Source: Pocillopora damicornis
Lineage: Eukaryota
Direction of reading: 5' to 3'
Assembly: GCF_003704095.1 (NCBI RefSeq)
Contig: NW_020847034.1
Location: 62,001-126,000, forward strand
Length of the DNA: 64,000 bases
A model generated the notes under the pieces. The model searched no databases. It was not told where the DNA came from and saw nothing but the letters and a program-made list of their open reading frames with translations. Shown here piece by piece: positions 26,333-38,300 of the stretch. Both the position numbers and the translations under genes were made by a program. The first letter of the stretch is position 1. Each line of letters begins with the position of its first letter.

Positions 26333-29300
26333 ATTAAATAAATCAGTTAAAAACCTCCAGTATTTATCCCTTAACTATGTGGAAAAGATCCCAAAGACTT
26401 GGTTAAAAGAGGAGTTACACTCTAGAAATTATTGAATTTTATCCCAGCCATAAAAAAGTATTCGCACAAGTTTGACAACGAGCCCGTTTTCAGCTTTAAA
26501 ATCCTTCCCAATTTGTCGAAATTCTTCCGACGGTGACACTAATTCTTGACATTCAATCGTGACAATGATGTAGCATCAACAGTTTCCTGTGAGAAGGATA
26601 GAAATGCACAGATTTGTTATTATGTGAAACACAGTACCTTTTTACGTCAGCGCTGCTGCTCTTTTTAAGTTTCTCGTATCTTTCTTCGATATCGTTTATG
26701 TCTTGGACCAATTTTTCTTCCAAGTCACCCCCAATGTTCTCACTTTTTACGAGTTTAATTCCATCGTCTGTAACTCTTGCTACTTCAGGATCAAGATCGG
26801 AGATTTCCTTCGATAAATTCTGCGAGAAAGCCAGAGAGCAACGAAGTATCGAATTATCGTTAACTGTGGCTGATACACGGTCTAATCTCATTGAAAAAAT
26901 ATATATTTATATCTACCTTTGCTGCAGCCAAGATTTCTTCACCGGGTGCGAGTTCTTCTCTTAGCTGATCCTGAATTTGAAGGCGTAACTTATCCTCGCA
27001 GCGGGATAGCTTCTCATTTAATTCATCGCGTTTTCTTTCCCAGTCGCGGATCTTGTTTCGTTTCTCCAATTCATTACGCAGCTCACTGAGACTAGAAAAG
27101 AAATAGTAATTATGGTGCCCATTGGAAACTACCTCCTTTTTTGCCTCACTTTTTCAGTTTCTTAAAAAATCATCGAGGCAAAAAAAATGCAACGAAAAAT
27201 AATTAGAGAACTAAGATAACGTTATTCAAAACTTGCTTTATATTCATTTAATCTATTCTCGTCGATACACAATAAACTGGAATGGTTAGGGTTAAGGCTG
27301 CGACAGATGCTGTTCAAAATTCTAGCAGGAAGACGTTCATTTAGACGACATTCACCAGATTTTGGGCCAAGTTGAGGACAAACTACTTAGAAATAAATCC
27401 AAGTATGCCATGTGAGGCATCCGAACCTAGGAGGTCCTTCTAACATGGGGGTGTTTCAAATCTGAGTTCTACGTTGAATAAAAAGCAAAAGTGTAAAAAC
27501 ACAAACCCCTCTTGTTCGTCGTCAATAAAGTTTCTCAGTTCATCGTAGTGCTCTTGTAGTTGAGCCATGTTACGTGTGATCTCCTCCTTCTCGTTATCAT
27601 CAAACAGATCGTCTCGTGAGAGCTCTCTTCCGTACAAAATGACATCTTGCAAGAGTGGCTCCCCTTCCTTTAGTTCAGAATCACAATCCTATGACGGAAA
27701 TACGCAAAAGTTTGATTAAGAGCGAATTCCTTTATATTCACTCACTTGTTTTTTCTTTTTTTAAATCATGGGAATAAACTAGGAATAAAACATGCAAGTA
27801 ACAAGAAACTCACAATGAACTGAGCATTCACTCATGCATTACAAAACCATTGCTGAACGTTTCCAAATAGAAAATGCTGTTATGTCTAGCAATTACTTTA
27901 AGCCCCTACAAGTTGAAAAGTCAATTTTGTACGTTTTGCAGACGTATAATTTTATCAAGTCCATCTGAAGCACTTGGCCTTATTTCACTTCTTTGTTCTT
28001 TGATCTGTCCTAGTCTGTATTTCACGTCTCTTAAAGACTCTCTGTAGCTGAATATGCACAAATGAGGTTAATTGGTCTTGCAGTAATTCCCCATTCGAAA
28101 TGTTTTATCTTGCGTGGAAATGACGTAATTCACGCCAAAAAACCAATTTAACTTTTGACAAAGTAATCCAAGAAAGATAACATGACACATTTTGATAAAG
28201 GACTTCGCATGAAGTTATATTGATTAAACACTGGTCATGAGGGGGTCCTTAATCTTTCGATACCAGTACCTTCACCATGTTTTGCTGTTCCTTGACCCCC
28301 GGCAAATCATTCGGGGCACCAGAAGATTTCAAGTTCTCCAACTTTCCTGAGCATCTCTCCAACACCAACTGAACTGCGTTCATTTTATCCCGTAATGTGT
28401 CGAGTTTAGCGTCCCTCTCGGCCTCTCTGCCGTGGCTGACGAAGAAACAGTTAACGTTATATTTTTCCTAATTATTGGAGACAAGATGGCAACGACTAGG
28501 CTAACGTGCTCGGTATCGAAGAGTCTGGGTTCGAGACCTGAGCGCGTCATTGTTTTGCACTTTGGTGCCACTACCACAATGCCTCTCTCCAGCCAAGAGT
28601 ATAAATGGGTATCGGTGAACTGTCTGGAAAGAATGATGAAATGCCGATGTGAAAACCAGCGATCAACTAGCAAACCACCCGCACTTTACCTAAAATCATA
28701 ATTAATTCAGTAAGAAGTATAATACGAATGATCAAACCTGTCAATCTGATCTGCGCCATCAACGTGATCATCTTCGAAATCAATGAGATAGTGAACATTG
28801 GGTTGCGATTCAACAGTATGTTGAATGTTTGGCTGCAACATAAGAGTCACTGTGTATTAAGATGGGGCTATAAAATCCGATCTTCTAAATAAATTTTGAG
28901 AAATGTGTCAACCGTACAACTATCATAGAGCTAGTTCTTGGTAAACCCATAAAATCCTGGTTTTTGCCGTTAAGTAATTTATATAAGTCAACTTCGAAAT
29001 TTGATATTTCCAATAGAATAATAGAAGAATTCAGTGATTGAAAAGTTTGAAGGCTATCTAATCTTTACTGTTTTTCATTTATCACCATCGCCTAGCTCAA
29101 CCATCTCACAAAGAATCTTTGGAAATAAGTAAAAACTGCACGCACGGGGCATTACGGTCATATGATAAAAGCTTAGCAGAAAATGACTCATCAATAATCT
29201 GAACTATCTTTAAATCACACGTGGTAATGAAGATCGCGTGTATCTAAGAACTGCAGTTGAAGAGTTTATTAATGCTTACTTGTATCTCAAATGTACTAAA

Positions 29301-32300
29301 CTCTGAAGGTGTTGACTGAACACTGTCTTGAGAAACTTGTACAAGCAGTTCCGTTTCTCTGTTTTCCTCTGCTGAAGAAGACGGGGACAACTTGTCCTTC
29401 AATCTGCAAACAGAGATGCAAATCACAGTTTTAAGCAAAAACTTGGCGACAACTCCATGATTTTGGATACGTTTCTTTTCATGCATGAATATGTTTTATT
29501 ATCATTATTGTTATCAATTTTTTTCATTCAATCCGGAAAAGAGTCTTTTCACATGCTTTATAAATAGTTTTGTCAGGCATACTTGTGAAAAATATGGAAT
29601 CACGCATGCGCTTTAGACTCGTGATAGAAGAAGAACGGCCTGAATGAAAACTTGTCAATTTGTTTTTAATGTTCTATGGCATTGTATCAAAATAAGTCAA
29701 AGCGGAAGTAACAAACGAACTGCAAAACGCATTGTTTGCTGTAAATGTTCAAAGCTGAATTCTAGCCTAATCTTTCATTATGTTCAGTATCAAATTTTTG
29801 CAAGCTCGTAATTCTCTCATTTGTCGGTTTGAAAATCAAAGGGGATAGTCTGCTCCATTTGTCAACAATGTGCTTTCTTTTCCTATCATGTCTGTCGCTC
29901 TTGTTAACATCTCTATCTGAGTCCAACAGTGACCATTTCGAGTCACATCTTACTCTTTGCTCTTTTGATGAGCCTCTGTTGTCATTGTGTCCCAGTTGAT
30001 GTTTAAATCTTTCTGCTTTCCTCGTAATATCTCACGATCTTCTTCGTCGACGTAAGGCTCCAGACAGAGTTCGTTAACTTCACTGATAACGCGATCGACT
30101 TCCTTCTTTTTATAATCGATCCGTACCATAGATCCCTACACAAACAAGCAGATAAAAAAGGCCAACATTATTATCACTACACAACGAACGATAACTAACA
30201 AACCTTGAATATGAACCCATTGTAAGGTATAGCTTCGTTGCAGAGCAACAGTGATGCAGTCCGTTGGTGATGTCGGCCCTTTTCTTCGGTACCCTAGTTT
30301 TGTCCTTTTCTCTTGTTTTTTTAATCTTTTATGATACCACGACAAAGCATAACATTTATCATCTTTCCTGCTCGATTTCTACGCAGGAAAGACGACATCA
30401 TAAATCTAATTCTGCAGGGGACGCTAGCCATGAGAGGCCAACATTTTAACTTAAGCATTGGCCTCATTTGAGCAATGAGGCTATCTACAACTCGTTTACG
30501 ATCGGTTAAGGAATTCAATAACTGTTCAACAGCTGAAATTCAAATACAGGAATTCAATATCCAGATTTGCAATTCAATAACCTCGTGTTCATCGATCTCT
30601 CTTCTGATCTCTGTTTGGCTTTGAGATCTTCCTCTTTTTGATATCTCACTTCTCATTTGTTGTATCCACGAGTTGTAGATGTCAATCTGTTGCTCCCGGG
30701 GTGAAACGAGAGCCCCCCGACATCTAAAAGAGTAAAGGAGCATAATTAAGATCGTAATTAAATTCAATTGGCAAGGTAACAAGAAACACACCACCAGGCT
30801 CCCTGTTCTATCTTTGCATTTCACATTGGTTAGAAAAGTGGCTCTCTTGTGTTCCCCTTTGAGTTGGAAGTGGACTTGCGCGTCGAGACAAAAAGAGGCT
30901 GAAATGTTCACAATTTCTGTAAGCACTATTCGTAAACGAAAGGAAGTTCTTGTGGCACTTTACAATTTTAGTAGCTATACATCATATAAATATCAATATT
31001 TTCACAAACGTCTTTTTGGTTTTCCGAAAAAAATCTCGTTCTGTGTGTGTAAACCAATGACTTAAACAAACTAAAACCAGCTTTCCCTAATTTAAAATTG
31101 CTTTCTATTACCGTTTATGAAGTCTCTGTGAGAGTTTTTCCAATTTTTCCCATCGATCGTGGAGCAGCAGTAGCTGGTTCTTGATCTCTGTTCGGTGGAT
31201 CTCGTCTGTCTTGTCATTCATTATCAAAGCCTGGCCCATATCCTCTACATTTCCCACGTCCTGGCGATGATTTTTGATGTCATCCATCAAAGACTGGAAA
31301 GGACAGGGAAAAAGGAAAACATGAGGTGAGTGAATTTCTTGTCTTAGTTCCAGCTATTGTTATTGAAGAAAATAGAAGCTCGGGTGATTTCTTACTTCGT
31401 ATCCTCCCATCAGATGGAAGCCTTCATACAAATAAGTTGTGCTTAGGCCTATCCTAGGACTAATCAAGGGAATTTAAAACTTCGCGAAAGGAAAAAAAAA
31501 ACACGTTTGTGTGCATACATCAACAGTGCAAAGACCAAGCGATTCATTTCAGGTTTGCATATTGATGCAAGAGCCTTCAGCCTGCAGGATTTTGTTTTTC
31601 TTGGTTGTCCATGGTTACCTTTGATTTGTTGTAGTCTTCTAAAGGATTGCCAAAACGGCCAGTCGATTCCAGCTTGTTGGATACCAGGGTTTCTTCTTGT
31701 GTGATATAAGCATTCAGGTCTCTCAATGATGCTCGGTAAGCTTCAAGGCCCGCCAAATCCTAAAAAAAGGAGAAGACACGTTTGCTACAAAAAAAGCTGA
31801 GCCATTTTGAACTGAGTGACGAAACTAAAGAAATCCGTAATTGCACCAGTCGGCTTTAATTTCAAGCGCTTTCCGTTTGAGTTTCGTGAAATCACAACCA
31901 AAGCCAACGAGAACTCAAAGAAAAAACAAGCCAACCGCCTAGATCGCGGGAAAACGCTCGTGATCAAAACCAGTCACCCTTTTTGTCGCTTGCACTTTCT
32001 CTCGTTCGAGGCAAGTTGGAAGATTTTATTTCGGTCATCCCTGCTCCCTCTGATTTATACTTTTGTTCTGATTGGTCAGTACCTTTTTCTTTTTGACTTC
32101 TAATTTGTTCACTCTTTTTTTTCGCTTAACTAAGCTCAATGGAAATGCGTTTCAAGTCTTTTTTACAATACAATACATTACCGTATCAGAAAAAAGGCTT
32201 TTCGTATCTAATTTACAACAAGATTTATATTTCTGCTTCGTATAAAAAAGCCTTTCGATCGAATGGCGAGCCTTCGTGAGCATTGTCACCAAAAACTGTT

Positions 32301-35300
32301 GCTCACAACAGCAATTGCTCCTTGTTTCTGTGACGTCATTTTAATTATGCCTGTAACTTGTATTTGAAATATGATAAAAAATAATTAAAAAAAAAAAAAA
32401 AGGATGACAGGCCTTTCATAATTTCTAGGAAAGTCACGGCGAGCTAATGATAGTCAACTACGACAATAAAATAGCAACACTTACGTCAAGTTTTCTTCTC
32501 TTCTTTCCTCCCTGTGGTGAGTATTCTCTCAAGCCGTGAAATAAGCTGGTCAAGTACATCATGATCAACTTTTTATCTGGCTTGTCCACGTCAATATCTG
32601 CACGGAAATAAAAATAGAATTTAACGAATAACTAACAATTCGAAAAACCGGCAAATCACATACTGGCTATAAATTCGAAACCATACGAAAGAGTGAAGTT
32701 ACTTAGCATATTTGGGTTCTTCGCATCCCCTGTTCCACAGTAGAACCAAACAAATTGTTGGTGTCTCTGTGTAATTGACCGTAATGTCGTGGACCACTTG
32801 AATGGCATGTTTTATAACAATGCAAAAAAAGGAGATCTGAGGAAAGCTACGGCAACATACAGGTAGAGCTTTGAATGGATTCCAGGCTACTAAACTGAGT
32901 ATTACTTTCAAAATATGGCGACAAAATCGAAAAAAACGTGTTTCCACCATTACACAATGACGCCCTCAGATCTCAGTTTACATTGCTTCTCAAAATCACG
33001 AGGAGATAACAACTGTGCTCCGAAAAATAATTTTAAAAAAATGAAGGGCTGGTTCACAGGGGAAGCTTGACAAATCCAAACTAGTCTACGTTTTATTATA
33101 CGAGAATGACAGTTAGTTTTCGACATTTCCATTTGTTGGTTTTAGTTAATCAAAATATCGGAACTTCCATCTTAAAACGAGTTATTTTCGATGGACTCGA
33201 CTTATGATATGAACGAAATATTTCAAGAAAATTGCAAAAAATTCTTTCCATTTTTCTGTTTTCGCAGTGGGTTAAAAATGAAGCTTTCAATAAGTAAACT
33301 GAACTGACAACATATTCACTACGCTGTAGAAATCCCCTAAATTAACTTAGCATTGAAAACCTGAAACTATAGAAAATAAAACTGTGTTTCAAAAAAATTC
33401 GCAAGTGCCAAAATTTTATTAATTAACTTTCTTCGTTATTTTCCGCACACTGAAATAGGTGTTTCAATTAAAAGTTTGTTAGATATGACATTTTTTGAGG
33501 AAATGTCACAATGTGAATTTAAAAAAAGTTGTTCTCTGCCTCTTAAGTGATGACAGTGTTTGCTTGTAAATTAAAAAGGTGCTGGAGAAAAATCTTTATA
33601 TTTTTCTAATTAGCAATTTTTTTTAATAAGAAATAAGAAAAATTTAATAAAATAGTCTTTCTTCAATGTTAATATACATGGTCAGTTTTGCTAATATATA
33701 TTTTTTCTTCTTCAAGAGTGGTGCAATGGATTTGTTTAGTATTAGACAAAAACTTCGCTTAATTTTTTTTCCTGATGCACCCGCGCTGATGATTAAGGCT
33801 TAAACAGGAAACCAGCATTTCAAATAATTTCGGAAAGATAGCCGCACCTTAACACAAATTCATTTAGTATTCAGTGGAAAAAAAATCAAATCAGTCCAAC
33901 TGAAGAGATCTTTAGAATGCGAAAAAAGCTTGAAAAAGCTCAGAAGTTCTGCCTCTGACGGAGAAAAAGTAGGTTTCTTTGTTTTTTTTTTAACTCATTA
34001 GATATTTTTACTACATCAAGTGAGAAAAGCTCTCTAATTGTACACTTAAAATGTCTTGCTGAAAATTGAGACGCACATCACACGCTGACATATAAAGTGA
34101 AGGGAAGAGCTGTCGTACACAAGTGTAGTTGTTCTTCAATTCCAAATCGAAATGCTATGATATGGTTATTGCCGGCATACTTTGACGAAAATGTACATCT
34201 TATTTAAATGAAGAGTGTAAGAGTTTCAAAATTGAAAAACGGCTGACAACCAAAGGAGGCTTAAAATGTGCTTCATGCGAACAAGAACGGGGCCAAGTGA
34301 GGAAAGTAAAATTTACAACTTAGTCTTTGATTAAAAATCTGTGAAATTGAAATTGGGCCAAAACAGAAAAACAGGGAGACTTTTAAACTAACATCAACTC
34401 ACCTGCTGGGTCCAACAGCTTCGGAACTGAAAACTCTTCGTTCGCCACGTTAAAGGCGTGATCAAGATTTGTCTTGTTATCATTTTTTAAAAGGCTCTCA
34501 AATCGAAACAGCTCTGGCCTGGAAAAAAAAAGAAAATCAAGTAAAAATTAAGGAGAAAGGAGTATGAGAAACAGAGAGCTATACAAACATTCTTAGAGTT
34601 GTCACAAGGGATTGGACTGCTTTAATTACTGAGGGAATTTCTGGCTAGAAGGAATACATGTTATGGCGCAGAACCAAGGAAATCGTTTATATTAGACTTT
34701 CCGCTTTCTAATTTCAATTTTTTCTGACTGTTTGGTGATAATATAGGAAGGAAGCAAAATGCAAAGAAAGGCAACTCCGTGTGGAGGGGTAATAGTGGTC
34801 TTTGATAGTAAATTATTGGGGTGGGGTTAGGAGCCGAATGCTATATCCAGGCTTCGCTTGCCATTGAAATCAAGATGGCGGTCTCGATTAAACTGTATCC
34901 TCGACTCTTACTTCCCTTCACACGGTGATTAACCTCTCAGCCTTTTCAGAAACTTTTATACATATCAAAACCTCATTTCTTCAATTACATTACCGTAAAT
35001 ACATAATTATCCTTCCCCTCGATCAAAAAATCAGGAGACGACACCAGAAGTACTTCTCTAATCTGTGCCGCAATTGCTAATTCAACAAACCTCTCACGGC
35101 TTACGGAGAGTTATTAAATAACTGAAAATAGTAACCACAGAGAAATGACACGGATTACTTACTTGTGAGTATGGATGATGGCGTTGAAAGCTAGACCATC
35201 TCTCCAACTTGTTGTGAAGTCTTTCAATTTAACGGAATCCTCGTACCTAACGGGAATTTTTAGAAATCAAAATTCATCAGAAGTAAAGATGATACGAGAT

Positions 35301-38300
35301 GATACTCTACCTCAGAAAAGGAAAGTAGAATAAAAGGAATACCCAGATATTTTAACTATCGAAATAAGAAAATTCAGGAGCAAATGTAGTTTATAACTGA
35401 CGAAATTTAACGGGTGAGCCTGTTGGAAGTTAGTCTCGGTTGGTGATAATACAAACGGCTACATTCTCCTCCCGTTGGTCACTTTGTGACATTTTATTTG
35501 CTCTGATTACATCCGTTTGTTCTTGACCTTGGCTTTTGACCTTTCACCTTGGGTTATCAAATGCACATCATTTTGGGCCTCACCCTTCAAGCGATGTCTT
35601 ACACCAAGAAAGCAGTTTTTTCTCGACTTGAAAATCTTTGACGCTGGAATCTCCAGAGTCATCTCCAGTCATTACGCCTTGCACCTAAGGGGACGTTGAG
35701 ATATAGTAAAGAAAACAAAATCCACATCAACGTTTGGGTGTTTAGAAATCTTCAAGTAGGTCTCTATTTGTGACACCGAGTTACAGTTGGCCTGAACTTA
35801 ATTTTTTCAGTTTTTTTGTAAAGTTTTTGCAAAGTCACTGGTAACACTTCGGTTATAAGTCAAAAGGGGAAAGTGAGAAACCGTAGCTTACAGCATAGAT
35901 TGAAAAGACGAATTCAGTACGATAATAACTAAAATCTACTATAACAGATGGGTTTGGAAACTTTTTAGGGTCTAGAAATTTATAGATAGTGAAAGACTCA
36001 AACTTTCACTCGTCTGCAATTAACCCTTCAGCTCCCAAGATCGGATTGTTAATTCTACCCTCCTACACATTTCCTTCTAAATTAGTTACAAGAATTTATT
36101 GTTAGATCAACATAACACCTTCTACCTGATAATTTTGAGTATTCTCATTACCTGTTTGCTGAATAACATAGATATTACAAGGATAAATTACATGTTAATC
36201 ACTTTTAGGAGTTAAAGGATTATGGGTTACATACCTGGAATCGTAGAATAATACTCCATATCAGTCCAAGAATGGTCGTGCTCTTTCCATCGACAATGTC
36301 GTAATTGCTGATCCCAACAAGTTTGACCTAAAAATAAATTTCAGCAGAAGGTGAAAATAGCGCCGTCTTCCCAGTTAAAACAAGTTTTGATTGTGTGTTA
36401 ATAAAAGACAAAATCAATTTCATGTCGAAAGGTTTGCATTTAAATATACCCTGGATCGCTTAACAGAGCAGAAGTTTTGGGTATCTATCAAACGACCTCT
36501 TAAAAAGCTAAAAGTGCAGAATCACCACCAACAACAACAGTATATAAAAGAATAAAAAAACCCTCGAAGAATGAAGAAAAAGATATTTAGAGGTAGACAA
36601 TGGCCACATTCGTTGCAGAAAGTCTACCAAGGAACCATTTGTAGCAAATTGGAACAATCATTAAAAACTAAACACTTGGGAGCAAAGAGGCCTTTTTTAA
36701 AAAAAATGGAGTCAGCTCGCGTGTTATGTACATGTATTTTCTGTGGTTGATTTTTATTAATGTTTTCACCTTCGATAAAAAAAACATGACAACTGAACTA
36801 AAACAAGGTAGCACAACACATTATTGCCGCGTTATATCTTTAAAAAAGGACATAAATAGCAGAGAGAGTTATTTCTTCAAACTGTCTATGTCTATGTTAC
36901 TGTCACTGTCTTTCTCCGTGTTTCACAAGTTTGACACAAATTGATGCGACGATCAATTCGAAGCTTCAGCATCCCTCACCGGGAAAACCCCGAGAATGGA
37001 CGACGTTCAAATGCCTGTGGGTTGCCTGACATTTAAATGCTCGTGGGTTGACTTGAGGGGCTTCAAGCATCAAATTGATCGACACATTAGTTACAAAAAT
37101 GCAAATTTACCTTGTTTTTTTCCAACACCTTCAGTGCTGTTGTCACATTGGTGAGTTTATGGACGCGCATTCGGCCTTTCTCTCTTTTCTGTCGAAAAAA
37201 CGTGCGAATTTTTTAACGTTATCACTAACTTTTTTTTTAGTGGTAGAGAAGCAGGTATGGCAATTATTGTAAGTCTTAAGAAGAGTTTGTAAATTATAAG
37301 TCAAAGACAAGTAATTCGCAAACTCTCCGCTGTCCTTACAACCGACATTTTGTTCCGTGGCCTGTGGCATTACATAGAAATAAAGAAGTTCTGAACCCTC
37401 CTTCGCGGTTGTTATAAGACGCATTCTTAGCCTACATACGTGACGACACCAAATAGGGGCTGCGAAACCAGACGACTCAGAATTTTATCGAATCCCAGCT
37501 GCTATAATAATACTTAATTGTAAATCTAGTACTCATTGATATGCGAGGATTCACTGGTTGGGAATTGTGGTATATTTTGCCATAATCACCTCTCGATAGA
37601 AGGTGAAAGAAAGTTACTATACTGTAGCTCATTAAGATCAGCTACTTGAGATCATCTGCCTTACAGTCCCGTTTGTTAGCATGGTCCTCGGCCAGCAGTG
37701 CAATGTTTTAAACTATTAGCAATCCTATATGAAGACAAGCATCAAGTAAGCAACAGAACGTCAACAAAAAAGGTCTCAAAAAATCAAACGGGACAACGGT
37801 TTCTGTTGCCAACTGTTAGATACATTCATGACGTCACCAAACGTTACTACAACCAGACTTACCAGTGTTGTTCCCAAGAGGACCTCCAGCAGAGAAAGGA
37901 ACACATGTCCATCTCGGACTTCCTCGATAAGATCCTTCACCTCTAAAGGTGGCACGGCCTACGAGACATTTGAGAAAAAACGTAATATTTCGTCAGCAAG
38001 ACTGTTTAATCAATAACACGTATAACTAAGGAGGTAATGGAATATGATAATATACATGTGATGTATAATGTACTGCGCATGTATGTATCCACTGATGCCA
38101 AATGAAGAAAAAAGTGCGATTTTTCCAAAGGAAAGCATCAAGGTTGCTAGGCAATAATTAAAATGGCGGCGACCTTCCCAAAATGCGTTCCTAATTAAAC
38201 CACACCTTTTTCGATGGCAGAGATAAAAACTCACTGCCTTTTTCTTTTCTTTTTTTGTCCCCTAATACGTTTTATTGTAGATAAATAAAGTCAACCAACG

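Noticed and set aside
28480-28560. tRNA gene
   Set aside because: Only a B-box-like remnant with no cloverleaf; it continues into a SINE body.
30205-30518. Short ORFs, a CAAG|gtttgt donor and a 10-bp hairpin (30362-30392) in an intron
   Set aside because: No credible acceptor or in-phase ATG; the flanking exons join without it.
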